From the human T2T-CHM13v2.0 reference genome, Homo sapiens, in NCBI GenBank assembly GCA_009914755.4, contig CP068257.2, forward strand, positions 15,872,001 to 15,936,000: a stretch of 64,000 nucleotides of DNA. The letters are read 5' to 3'. The translations under genes and the position numbers were made by a program. The notes beneath the pieces were generated by a model, which made no database searches, was not told the DNA's origin, and worked only from the letters and a program-made list of their open reading frames with translations. How positions within the stretch are numbered: position 1 is the first letter of the stretch; every line of letters begins with the position of its first letter. Below are positions 18,186 through 30,238 of the stretch, piece after piece.

Positions 18186-18545
18186 TGTTTTGACACAGCG
18201 TCTTGCTCTGTTGCCCAGGCTGGAGGGCAGAGGCGCAGTCATGGCTCGTTGCAGCCTCAGCTTCCCAGGCTCAAGTGATTCTCCTATTCAGCCTTCCTAG
18301 TAGCTGGGACCACAGGCGTGCACTACCACACCTGGCTCATGTTTTGATTTTTTGTAAATATGAGCTCTCACTATGATGTACCCTGCTTAGATCTACCATG
18401 CCTGGCTAATTTTTTTATTTTTTTGTAGGTATGAATTCTCACTATGTTGCCCAGGTTGGTCTTGAACTCCTGGACTCAAGTGATCTTTCCTCCTCAGCGC
18501 CTCCGAAAGTGCTGGGATGGTTACAGGGGTGAGCCATATTATTGT
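18186..18545 (-). mobile_element. Old Alu (AluJ-like), antisense, with an internal insertion/duplication of the linker region
   Basis: gacacagcgtcttgctctgttgcccaggctggagggcagaggcgcagtcatggctcgttgcagcctcagcttcccaggctcaagtg ... (gcctggctaat occurs twice) ... gtgctgggatggttacaggggtgagccata. Confidence 0.8.
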
Positions 18546-18771
18546 GTTTTTATAGTAAGTCTTCTGATTTCTATGATTCGAATTCAGCATTCACATTCAG
18601 AATGTGTTCTCCCTTTAAAATAGTAACCCTTATGACGGGTTTTGACATTTTTCACAAAGCTCAATATTAAATAAGTTCTTCATAACATTTGGTATTAAGG
18701 TCATATCCCCTTTCCAAGCAACCGAACAAGCATGTAAGACTTTGGAATATAAATTTAAGTTCCTCTTATTG

Positions 18772-19076
<305 letters not shown>

Positions 19077-19776
19077 TTATTTGTAAAACTTTTCATTTTT
19101 TTGTTAATTTCTTTGGAATGGCGCCAGATATTTCGAGAAGAATCATGTATCAGTGTGTAATCTTTTTTCCTTTATTTCATCCTAGAGATAGCTGAAAGAT
19201 AACAGCTCTTTTCGTCTATAGAATGAAGAATACGTAGTTGTGATTTTAGAGTATCCACAATAAAAGTTTTTCTTAACATACTTCTTTTATGTCAACAACT
19301 ATACATAAAGTAGCATCAGTGTTCATTTCTTCTCAGATTTGCTAACATTTCTCATCAAAAAATAAGTATCCTGTCTTTCCTTCCATCAGTATGTGACCAG
19401 GCTCGCTCAATTCCCTGAGCTGTTTCTCCCATGTAGGCTTCATTGTTCGGGTTCTTTGCTTCTCTGGATGCACAGTCACCCCAGGGCTCCCTTCTCATGC
19501 CTTATGGTCCTCTCTCCCATCACCGGTCTGCCTTCAGATAGCTCCTTCCTTTCACTTTCCCTCTACTCTGAGCTCCCTCCTTCTACTTGTCCAAGGCTGG
19601 AAGGGAGAAGGCTGACTGAATAAGTCTAGGGACACACCCTCCAGAGAGGAAGCACGTTCACTTCCAGTTAAGTTAGTATGTGCTTCAGAATAGGGACATG
19701 TAAATACCTAGAGGAAATGTATAAAACAGAGGAGGAAGCAATTAACACTGCCTGTGGGGATCAGGGGAACTTCTGA

Positions 19777-20122
<346 letters not shown>

Positions 20123-21018
20123 TGACTAGAGGTGCTCTCTGGGGACAAGGTGGAGCAAGAGAGAAAAGGGACTTTTACACATAGAAGGAAAAGCATATGC
20201 CAACAGTGTTCCACACATGTGGACTGATTTGTCTTTTTCCCCTTAGTGCCTCCTCTGATTTGTTGTTTTTATTATTGGTCCCAGACCAAAACAATCTCAC
20301 TGTTGTGGTTCATTTTGTTGTCAATTTTTTTCACTATTTGTAAATGTACCGTCATTCATTCCTAGTGCAATTTCCCTTCTCTTATACAAAGGCACTTGTG
20401 CCTGTGAACATTGTTTTGCCTGCCACTTCCCTCAGAGATCTCAAAATTGTTATCTGCTTACCTCCAGGCATCCAGACTTGCCTGATTGCTGTTTTATTGT
20501 TACAACAAAGTGCTTTGTTGACTGCTTAGATGTCAAGACAGATTATGCAGTTATGCAGTTGCCTAACTCATAATTCATAGCTCCTCTCTGTCCCTGCTTG
20601 AATTCTACAATGAGTCATGATCTTTAAAATCCCTGTGCATGTGCCATCACTGATCAGGGTTTACATCTAGTATCTTTCTGGGATAGGTTAAAAACACAGA
20701 AAATATGTTTCAAAGTGTTCCTTTTGTTTTGTTTCCTCAGCGATAGAAAAAAGAAAACCTTCATTCAACAAATATTTGTTGAATGCCAAGTGCCCAAAAT
20801 TTTGCTCTGCTAAAAAAAAACCAGTGATGATCAAGAACAGCATGAGCTTTGCCACCAAAGTCAAATGTGAAATAGTCCCTGGAGGCAGAGGGTGAGCGCA
20901 GTTTCAGTAAAGTGAGGAAAGTGCCCGTGATGAAAGCATTGTTAGTGCTAGTCCGAGGAGTAATTAGAGGACATATGTTCTGGAGGAAGGGGCTGAACTG
21001 AGACCATAGTAAGCCTAA

Positions 21019-21342
<324 letters not shown>

Positions 21343-21568
21343 CAAGAGGAGGTATCTTACACTGTGCTCGTGCTGAGTGAGGCGAGATGATGATGGAGAT
21401 GATGATGGCTGTATTATACTGTGGGAGTGGGAAGTGGTAAGAAGCTAAAGGTGCTAGAGGGTGGCTAGTCAAAGGACCTTGAGGGAGAATTAAGGTGTCT
21501 GAATCAATGAGGAGCGACCAGAGATTGTCAGACATGTCAGTGACGTCTTTTTTACAAAAGGAGTTATA

Positions 21569-21883
21569 GGCTGGATGCAGTGACCCATGCCTGTAATTCC
21601 AGCACTTTGGGAGGCTGAGGTGGGAGGATTACTTGAGCCCTGGAGTTCAAGACCAGCTTGGGCAACATAACGAGACTGCAACTCCACTGGGAAAATAAAA
21701 ATAAAAATAAAATTAGTGGGCATGGTGGCACATACCTGTAGTCCCAGCTCCTTGGGAGGCTGAGGCAGGAGAGGATCCCTTGAGCCCAGGGGTTTGAGGC
21801 CACAGTGAGCCTTGGTTGTGCCACAGCACTTCAGCCTGGGCAACAGAGTGAGACCCTGTTTCAAAAAAATAGATAAATAAAAG
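21569..21883 (+). mobile_element. Alu, sense, with an expanded (AAATA)n mid-linker
   Basis: ggctggatgcagtgacccatgcctgtaattccagcactttgggaggctgaggtgggaggattacttgagccc ... aaaataaaaataaaaataaaattagtgggcatggtggc ... gcaacagagtgagaccctgtttcaaaaaaa. Confidence 0.9.
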
Positions 21884-22961
21884 CAATTATATAGAGAACA
21901 CTCTGGGTGAAGTATGGAGAACAAGTTAGAATGAGAAAGTGTGGTTGCAGGGAAGCCAGTTAGCAGGCTACATCCAGGCCACGTGAAAGATAATAGTGGC
22001 CTGGATATAGGTAAAAATGGTTGGATTTGGAATGTATTAAAGAGGACATAGTATGCTTTGAATGAGTGAACGTTGATACCCTGCTGCCTTTCATTTTGTC
22101 TCCAGGTTTGTGCAGATGATTGGTGATGCAGCTATTTCTTGCATCTGTGATCTTATGCAGGGATTGATTGCCAAAAGTGTTGGTAGTAGGTCACGTCACT
22201 GAGATAAGGAGTTCAAAGGAGAAATTTAGGGTTGTGCTGGGGAAACAAACAGTTTGATCAAACATCATCTCAGCTTGCTGCCACTGGTCCCCCTGCCTCC
22301 AAATCAAGTATGTGGGTTGAATTATAAAATTACCCCCATATTTTCTTGTGTTATTAGAAGTCTTCCAGCCCAGCTTTAAAACTGTCGCTGGTTTGTGCTT
22401 TCCTTATTTTAGATTCTCAGGGGATCTACAAGGATATCCCTATTACCTAAACAGACTTCTTCCTGCTCTTGAATTTTCTTGTCTCATATCCTCATTTTTC
22501 TTATTTCAGTGCCTTTATGATCTTTCACTTCCCTCTTCTCCTTCCACATTAGTCTGGATTAAGTAACTGGTATTATTCAACATTTACTTGGATTTTGCAT
22601 AAGAAGCAGTTCTTTGATGTCATTGTCTGTAATGCCTGTTCCACAGGTTTTGTAAGGATCAGATGAAATAATTAAAGCCCTTTGCATAATGCTTGACTTA
22701 CAGATAAGCAATAAATTTAAATTCCTGTGCACTTCTGTATATTAATGTACATAATTTTTTTTTCTCCTGAGAGGGACCATCCAGGCAGTTCCCTCGTGTC
22801 TTTATTGGCTAATGGATTGAAAAGTACATTTTTCCATCATTTTGCGAATTCCCAATATGTTTAAATCTTCTTGAGAATTTCTGCTGAAATCATTACCTTC
22901 ATGTCCAGTTGAACAGTATACCCTATCCATGATGAGAAACTTCACTGCTCTGTATGCAGTC

Positions 22962-23362
22962 TGTATTAGTCTGCTCAGGCTGCCGTAACAAAATGCCATA
23001 GACAAAATACCAATACAAAATACCATAGATGCCTTAAACAATAGAAACTTGGTTTTTCACAGCTCTGGAGTCTGGGCAGTCCAAGATTAAGATGCCAGCA
23101 AGTTTGGTTTCTGGTGAGGGCCCTCTTCCTGGCTGGTAGACAGCTGCCGTCTCCCTCTATCCTCACGTGGCAGAGAGAGTGCTCCGGTATTTCCTTCTCT
23201 TAAGCGGATGTCAGTTCCTTCTGTTCTGGGCTCTATGCTATGGCCTCATTTAATCTTAATCACTTCCTTAAAAGCCCTACCTCTAATACAGTCACATAGG
23301 AGGTCAGGGATTCAACATATGAATTTTGGGGGGGACATGATTTACTCTACCGCCGTCCCCCA
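22962..23362 (-). mobile_element. MaLR solo LTR, MLT1-family, antisense to the consensus
   Basis: tgtattagtctgctcaggctgccgtaacaaaatgccatagac ... ccttaaacaatagaaacttggtttttcacagctctggagtctgggcagtccaagattaagatgccagcaagtttggtttctggtgagggccctcttcctggc ... ttcaacatatgaattttgggggggacatgatt. This is the reverse complement of the MLT1 consensus (TGTTATGGGCTGAATTGTGTCCCCCCAAAATTCATATGTTGAAG ... TTGTTATGGCAGCCCGAGCAGACTAATACA) as I recall it. Confidence 0.7.
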
Positions 23363-24315
23363 AAAGTATTTTTATTCTATTAATATATTTATTAGTATAC
23401 ATTATATGTTTAATGTTATGTTCCTTTTGAAAGACCTAATTTCATTCGATGATTGTATTTGCTGTTGGGTGAATGGAACCAAAGCTGAAGGTGGCAATAT
23501 TTAGTCATACTTCTATTTATATGAGTGAAAGTCAGCATTACTCCCCAGAAGCCAAATTTTAGTAGCATCTTTTTGCTGGAGGGGACTGGTTCTACCTGAT
23601 CTGTTTGTCCTTGCTCTTTGTCTGAGGTAGGTGAGCTTGAATTTCTTACTCTGATTTTCCTGACTGTTGTTGGACATTTAGGTTGTTTTCAGATGTTTTT
23701 GTGTTTCAGAGAGCATCAGTGAGTAATATCCTTGTACATATGAGCTGTTCAGTTATGAGAGTTCAGCTGCAGTTCCTAAAAGTGGATTAGCACACTGACA
23801 TTTCACACGTCTTCTACTGCGTTGACAGTAGGTTGTGCTGATTTACTTTCTGTGTTGCCACAGTTTCCAACACTTTTGCCAAGATTGGCCTTATTGAATT
23901 TTTTTAACCACCGTCAATTTTATATTTGAAATATGTTACGTTATTCTAATTTATATTTATTTAATTATAAATATGGTTGTGTGCTCTCTTGTTAATCTTT
24001 TTTAAAAATAGACTTTATTTTGTACAGCAGTTTTAGATTTACAGCAAAATCGAGCAGAAAGTACAGAGTTCCCCTGTACCCCTTTCCCCCATGCACCAAC
24101 ATCTCCCTCGCTTGTCAACACGCCCCCCACCAGAGTGTACCTTGTTAGGATTGATGAACCCGTATTGACATAACATTACCACCTAGAGTCCATAGTTTAC
24201 ATCGGGGTTCACTCTTGGTTTTGTACATTCTACGGGTTTGGACAAATGGATGACATGCAGCCACCATTATAGTATTACACAGAAGCATTTCCCTGCCCTA
24301 AAAATCCTATGTTCC

Positions 24316-24610
24316 GGCTGGGCGCGGTGGCTCACGCCTGTAATCCCAGCACTTTGGGAGGCCGAGGCGGGCGGATCACGAGGTCAGGAGATCAAGACCA
24401 TCCTGGCTAACACGGCGAAACCCCGTCTCTACTAAAAATACAAAAAAAAAAATTAGCCGGACGTGGTGGTGGGCACCTGTAGTCCCAGCTACCCGGGAGG
24501 CTTGAGGCAGGAGAATGGCGTGAACCTGGGAGACGGAGCTTGCAGTGAGCCAAGATCGCGCCACTACATTCCAGCCCAGGCGTCAGAGCAAGACTCTGTC
24601 TCAAAAAAAA
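24316..24610 (+). mobile_element. Alu, young (AluY-like, near-consensus), sense, with a perfect 15-bp TSD aaaatcctatgttcc
   Basis: The TSD is at 24301-24315 and 24607-24621. The body runs ggctgggcgcggtggctcacgcctgtaatcccagcactttgggaggccgaggcgggcggatcacgaggtcaggagatcaagaccatcctggctaacacggcgaaaccccgtctctactaaaaatacaaaaaaaaaaattagccgg ..., very close to the Alu consensus. Confidence 0.95.
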
Positions 24611-26924
24611 AATCCTATGTTCCACCTATTCTCCTCTTCCCTCTTTCCCCTGCATCTGTTGATTTTTTTTTTTTTTTTTACTCTCTGTAGTTTTGCCTTT
24701 TCCAGAATGTCATATAGTTGTAATCATACAGTGGCTTTTTTCACTTAGTAATATGCATTTGTGTTTAAGTTTACTCCATGTCTTTTCATGGCTAGAGTAT
24801 GCATTTTTGACTTGGTATGCAATACTACAGAAGTAATACTATGTTCTTTTCTAATCAGGAGGTACATAATGTCCATTTGTTCTGGTGAAGGTAAATTTGA
24901 TCGTTTGATTAAGGTGATGTATACCAGATTTCTTCACTGTAAAGTTACTACTTTTTCCTCTGTAATGAAAGTGTTTTGTGGGAAGATACTTTGACATTAT
25001 GTAACAAATGCTGTTTCTCATCATAGCTTTCAGCACCAATTTTCAATATTTTGCCTGAAACAATTATTACTCTGTTTTTGCCAAATGGTGATTTTTTAAT
25101 AAGATTTTTAGTATAGTTAAATTTTTGTCTTCTTCCATAGCTTTTGTGTTTTTCTGTTCTACTTTTCTCTAAGGCTTTCCTCACTCAAAACATTATTAAA
25201 AATTCTCATGTTTACTTCTCTTTTTAAAAAACTAGTGATAACATTTCATGAGCACTTTCTAATGTTTATGACTTTAAGATTGCCAGAAGGAAAAGATCAC
25301 TGAAGACCACCTAGGTTAACAAACAGCTTAAATTTGAAAAAACAAGTGAAAGAAGCCAACGCATGTTATCAGTTCATAACATTACCTCCCTTCTAGAAGA
25401 ATAGCTTCTTCCATTCTCTCCAGTTTGCTTCCAATCTTATAGTGGAACCAGATCTTCTAAGGCCTTAGTAGGAGGTGACATCAAGGGCTAAAAAAATACT
25501 CTTTGATGAACTCATGTCACTTTGATGCTCAGATATAAGTCAGACTGTGCAGAAGAGAAGCTTTAAAGATCCAAGTGATTTAGAAACTGGAGATAAGAAA
25601 AGCAAGCAGAAAACTGGGAAATGTTATTTCAGTCACTGCCAATATGGGATGTGGTTCCGTCTGTTTATTTACATAATATGATCTAGTGCTGTGCACTTAT
25701 TAACTAGACTGCAAATACTTGCAGCTTAATAATGTGCCGCATATTTTATCACATCCTGAATTATAAATTTGAATAAAATTGTAAGAAGATCTGATATTTG
25801 ATTTACCTTTTAAACCGTGTTTCAACCTGCAAGTAGTTTGCAAGTTAAATTGTTAATCTACTTGCTGCATAAATAAAATTGGGCAGTATTAGGAAAGATG
25901 CCCAGGGCCGCTGTCTGAGACCAAGTGTCTGTCTTTTGTCTTATGTAATTTGTGTCTGTTGCGTACTTCAGCACTTGAAAAACTATTCCTCTGTGAAAAG
26001 AGGCCCTTCAGTGTTGCTAGGAAACCCAGGAACTGTTTTATATGATCTCAAGATTTTAATTCATTTCTAGTGCAACACAGTGAAGAGGAATTGAAGGCTT
26101 TAACCATTTTTTGAAAGAAAAACAAAAAACAAAAAAATCTAAAAGTCATTAAAAAATCGTTTTAAAATATCATAAGCAGCATACTCATTTAAAAAAATCT
26201 CAGAATAAAGCAGAAATGGACAGTTGTCTTCCTTAAAATCCTAATTCTCAAAAGTAGTTGCTGTTAACAATTTGACATATATCTTTTCAGATTATTTTGT
26301 TACACATATATGACTATTTTAAGGCAGTTTTTTAAAATTACTTTTTATGTATCAAACGAGAAAGAAAGATAATATAAAAACTAAGTTGTATTTTATTTTG
26401 ATCACTTTGTATAGTGTAAGTACTGAGAACATGAATTTGGGGGATTTCAACTTTTACAAATGTAGGTGTCTAATTGAAGTTATTTAACATTTTTATTTGA
26501 TTTCTACAAAATGAAAACTCTAAAAACACACAGTAACCCGGAAGTTTTTATTGTTATTGATAGCAATTTTTTATTCTCACTTATATATTCTTAGCTCCAT
26601 ATTTGAACTATTTCTTGGTTTGTTTTGGAATGAGATTTTTATTTTTAAGGGTACTTAGATTACTCATATTATTTGATGCATGATGTGTTAATAACCAAAC
26701 TAAATTTCTGAAATTGATCAAATTTATAATTCACTCATTAATTCTTTTCTATTATGTGCAAAGAACTACAGCAGGAGATAGAGGTAGCCGCAATTTGCAA
26801 TTTATTTCAGCCCTAATAGAGCTAATGATTTAATAGTAAATCAGGGCATGCATTTTAAAAGTTCGCAAAAATACAAGGTAACATGGGAAGAAGATAAGTT
26901 TCTCAACATCTAGGAAGATGTGAC

Positions 26925-27058
26925 AGGCCAGGCACAGTGGCTCAAGCCTGTAATCCCAGCACTTTGGGAGGCAAAGGCAGGAGGATTACTTGAGCCTCAG
27001 GAGTTAGAGACCAGCCTGGGTAACATAGTGAGACCTCATCTCTTAAAAAAATAAAAAA
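26925..27058 (+). mobile_element. Free left Alu monomer (FLAM-like), sense
   Basis: ggccaggcacagtggctcaagcctgtaatcccagcactttgggaggcaaaggcaggaggattacttgagcctcaggagttagagaccagcctgggtaacatagtgagacctcatctcttaaaaaaataaaaaat, one monomer plus A-tail. Confidence 0.8.
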
Positions 27059-27454
27059 TAGAACATGTGACACAACTCTGGATGCCACCTAAGTCAGTTT
27101 CACCATAAAATTTATAGAGGAAAAAAAATTCCAAGGCAACATATGCTAAGTGCCGAGTAAGTGATACCGATGGTAGAAAGTAAAGTACAATCAGCATTCA
27201 TAGAGAAAGAAAAATCATTGTAGGGTGGAGAGGTAGAAATGCCTTAATGAATGAGATAGGAATGGAACTGAGTTTATTAGAAATAATAGAGTGTATTTAG
27301 GTTACACATTTAGGAGAAACACTTGAGATTATGTACATAAATACCAAATCATATCATTTTAAATAGAAACATGGGCATGAAATGGAGGCCAGAGTAGTTG
27401 GACTTTTGGGCTGGATCAGTGGGTTTGGATGATGTCTGATCAATATTTGCTGTA

Positions 27455-27800
27455 TAACAAAACAACTCAAACTCTAGAGGCTTAAAACAAAAATCATGTA
27501 TTCATGATCCTGTGGGTTGCTAGTTAGACTAGGCTAGGATGGAAAATTATGGGCTCAACAGTGGGGCTGCAGAGAGCTGGTCTAGACTAGGGCTGAGTGT
27601 TCGAGGGTTGGCCAGACACCTCCGTTGCCCCCTCTGTGGTTTGTTCACACAGTGGCCGGTGACCGAGGAGGCAAGAGTGGGTGCAGCAAGGGTTTTTGAG
27701 GCCTAACCTCGGAACTACACAGGTCATTCCTGGCACATCCTGTTGGTCAAAGCTGGGCAGGCCTCAGGTTTAAGGGAGCAGGTGCAGATAATTTGAATCC
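27455..27800 (-). mobile_element. Probable diverged MaLR (MLT1-type) LTR remnant; moderately GC-rich
   Basis: It starts tgtataacaaaacaactcaaactctagaggcttaaaacaaaaatcatgtattcatgatcctgtgggttg, which matches the characteristic ...taacaaa...ggcttaaaacaa...ctgtggg... end motif of the MLT1 family. The remainder is diverged and I cannot align it by eye. Confidence 0.4.
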
Positions 27801-28482
27801 CAATTTAAATTTATTTCAGGAGTGCATTTACATGTGATTGAAAGCTTACGATGGTGCCTAAACGTAAATGGTGTTGAATGTAACCAGGATTTTCTTTAGT
27901 TCTCAGTCTATTGGCTTTGACTTTATTAAAATTTTATTAGAACTGATAGTCTGTGTATATTAAGCTTATTTTAGGACTAATGGAAAGAATCATGCAGTGA
28001 CTAACTCCTCTTCATTTTGGTTTGTTCTGTCAAAATTTATTTGAAAAACAACATCAAGATAGTCATGTGGAGAATTAGGACTTTGGATTGATTTACTCCT
28101 AATTTTGCTCTAATGTGTTTTTTTTTTTTTTTTTTTTTTTTTGGTGGGAGCAGGGGAAAAGGGAGAGGAAGAGAGAGGCAGGCCCCGTGAACCATACCAT
28201 ATCTTAGTGCTTAGGGCCTCCTCCAGGTCATCATCCAGCTCTGAAGGTTGTCAGAGTCAGGTGACATAGGTCCAAATAGAGTTGCTCTTCAACAGAAAGT
28301 AGTGAAACTTAATGGTTATGCACACTTTAGATGTTTGAATTTATACTTAAGAAAATGTTGGGTAATCACAAGTAAACCATAGATGTGACAAACTAGTGCT
28401 ATGCATACTTTTATAGTATGAATAGGAAAAAAAGTTTTATGTGATTGTTCACTTACAGACTAAATTTGCATTTAATTTTTTA

Positions 28483-28723
<241 letters not shown>

Positions 28724-28764
28724 TAAAATAAATGTGATTATTGGCTTTTTCAGAAGGGAAATAA

Positions 28765-29122
<358 letters not shown>

Positions 29123-29382
29123 TGTACATTTTTAAAAGATAAGTAAATTGACAGTGTTCCTTTTCTTTTTGAATTATCCTCATCAAAACTTATTGCTTAG
29201 AAATATTTTTAAGCATTCAATAGAAGGTTATAGAATTAAATCTAATAAAAATTTAAAGAAGCCTTAGCAGAAACTGTGTCACAGTTGATCAGCATATACC
29301 CTACCGACAGTGACTTAGTTCCCTGTGTGTTTGTGGTGAGCATGAATTAATGTAGCCTTGAATTTGTATGACATGACTGACC

Positions 29383-29740
29383 GTATTAGTCCATTCTCAC
29401 ACCGCTATAGAGAAATACCTAAAACTGGGTAATTTATAAAGAAAAGAGGTTTGATTGGCTCTGCAGGCTGTACAGAAAGCATGGCTGGGGAGGCCTCAGG
29501 AAACTTACAATCATGGCAGAAGGCGAAGGGGAGGCAGGCACGTCCCACGTGGCCAGAGCAGAGAAGGGGGAGGTGCTGCACACTTTTAAACAACCAGATC
29601 TCCTGAGAACTCACTCACTATCAGCAAGGGGGAAATCCACCCCCATGATCCAGTCACCTCCCACCAGGCCTCTCTTCCAACACTGGGGATTACAGTTCAA
29701 CATGAGATTTGGGCGGGGTCACAAATCCAACCTGTATCAC
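29383..29740 (-). mobile_element. MaLR solo LTR of the THE1/MST family, antisense; about 330 bp upstream of the CXADR exon 2 acceptor
   Basis: gtattagtccattctcacaccgctatagagaaatacctaaaactgggtaatttataaagaaaagaggtttgattggctctgcaggctgtacagaaagcatggctggggaggcctcaggaaacttacaatcatggcagaaggcgaagggga ... catgagatttgggcggggtcacaaatccaacctgtatca. This is the reverse complement of THE1/MST (TGATATGGTTTGGCTGTGTCCCCACCCAAATCTCA ... TTTATAAATTACCCAGTCTCGGGTATGTCTTTATTAGCAGTGTGAGAACAGACTAATACA). Confidence 0.78.
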
Positions 29741-30071
29741 TCACCTTTCAGAGATTCTAGCCAAATTCAGTTTTAAACATCTGCTTGCATATAGAAACCT
29801 TCTACCAGTAGAAACTTACATAATGTCAGGAAGTTCACAGCGTTCCTTAAGGGAATTGTATCAAATAAGATGATACTACTTGTGTCATTCTACTTTTACA
29901 AAGGCACAAATTAAAAACTGGGCATCTCTTGAGTTTGGACTCCATTCCTCGGGACCCAAACCCCGTCCTGTATCCCTCGCATCAATGTGCTGCTTCTGAA
30001 TGGCTGCGGGGCACTGTGTGGGCTGTCAGCGTATAGCAAATGCTTAGTCCCTTGTACATTTCTTTCTCTAG

Positions 30072-30238
30072 ATTTCGCCAGAAGTTTGAGTATCACTACT
30101 CCTGAAGAGATGATTGAAAAAGCCAAAGGGGAAACTGCCTATCTGCCATGCAAATTTACGCTTAGTCCCGAAGACCAGGGACCGCTGGACATCGAGTGGC
30201 TGATATCACCAGCTGATAATCAGAAGGTGGATCAAGTG
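30072..30238 (+). CDS. CXADR: CXADR coding exon 2 (167 nt). It starts in phase after exon 1, whose last G plus the first AT encodes Asp. Encodes [56 protein letters not shown], the N-terminal half of the IgV-like D1 domain
   Basis: Acceptor tctttctctag|AT at 30070-30071 and donor CAAGTG|gtaagt at 30239-30240. The translation matches human CAR residues about 15-70 exactly, including the mature N-terminus LSITTPEEM. Confidence 0.95.

Noticed and set aside
27455-27800. Moderately GC- and CpG-rich unique-looking block in intron 1, initially considered as a possible intronic CpG island, enhancer or alternative first exon.
   Set aside because: It opens with the MLT1-type LTR terminal motif tgtataacaaaacaactcaaactctagaggcttaaaacaa...ctgtggg. 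It is therefore most likely a diverged MaLR LTR, not a promoter; there is no ATG-initiated ORF with a donor splice site.
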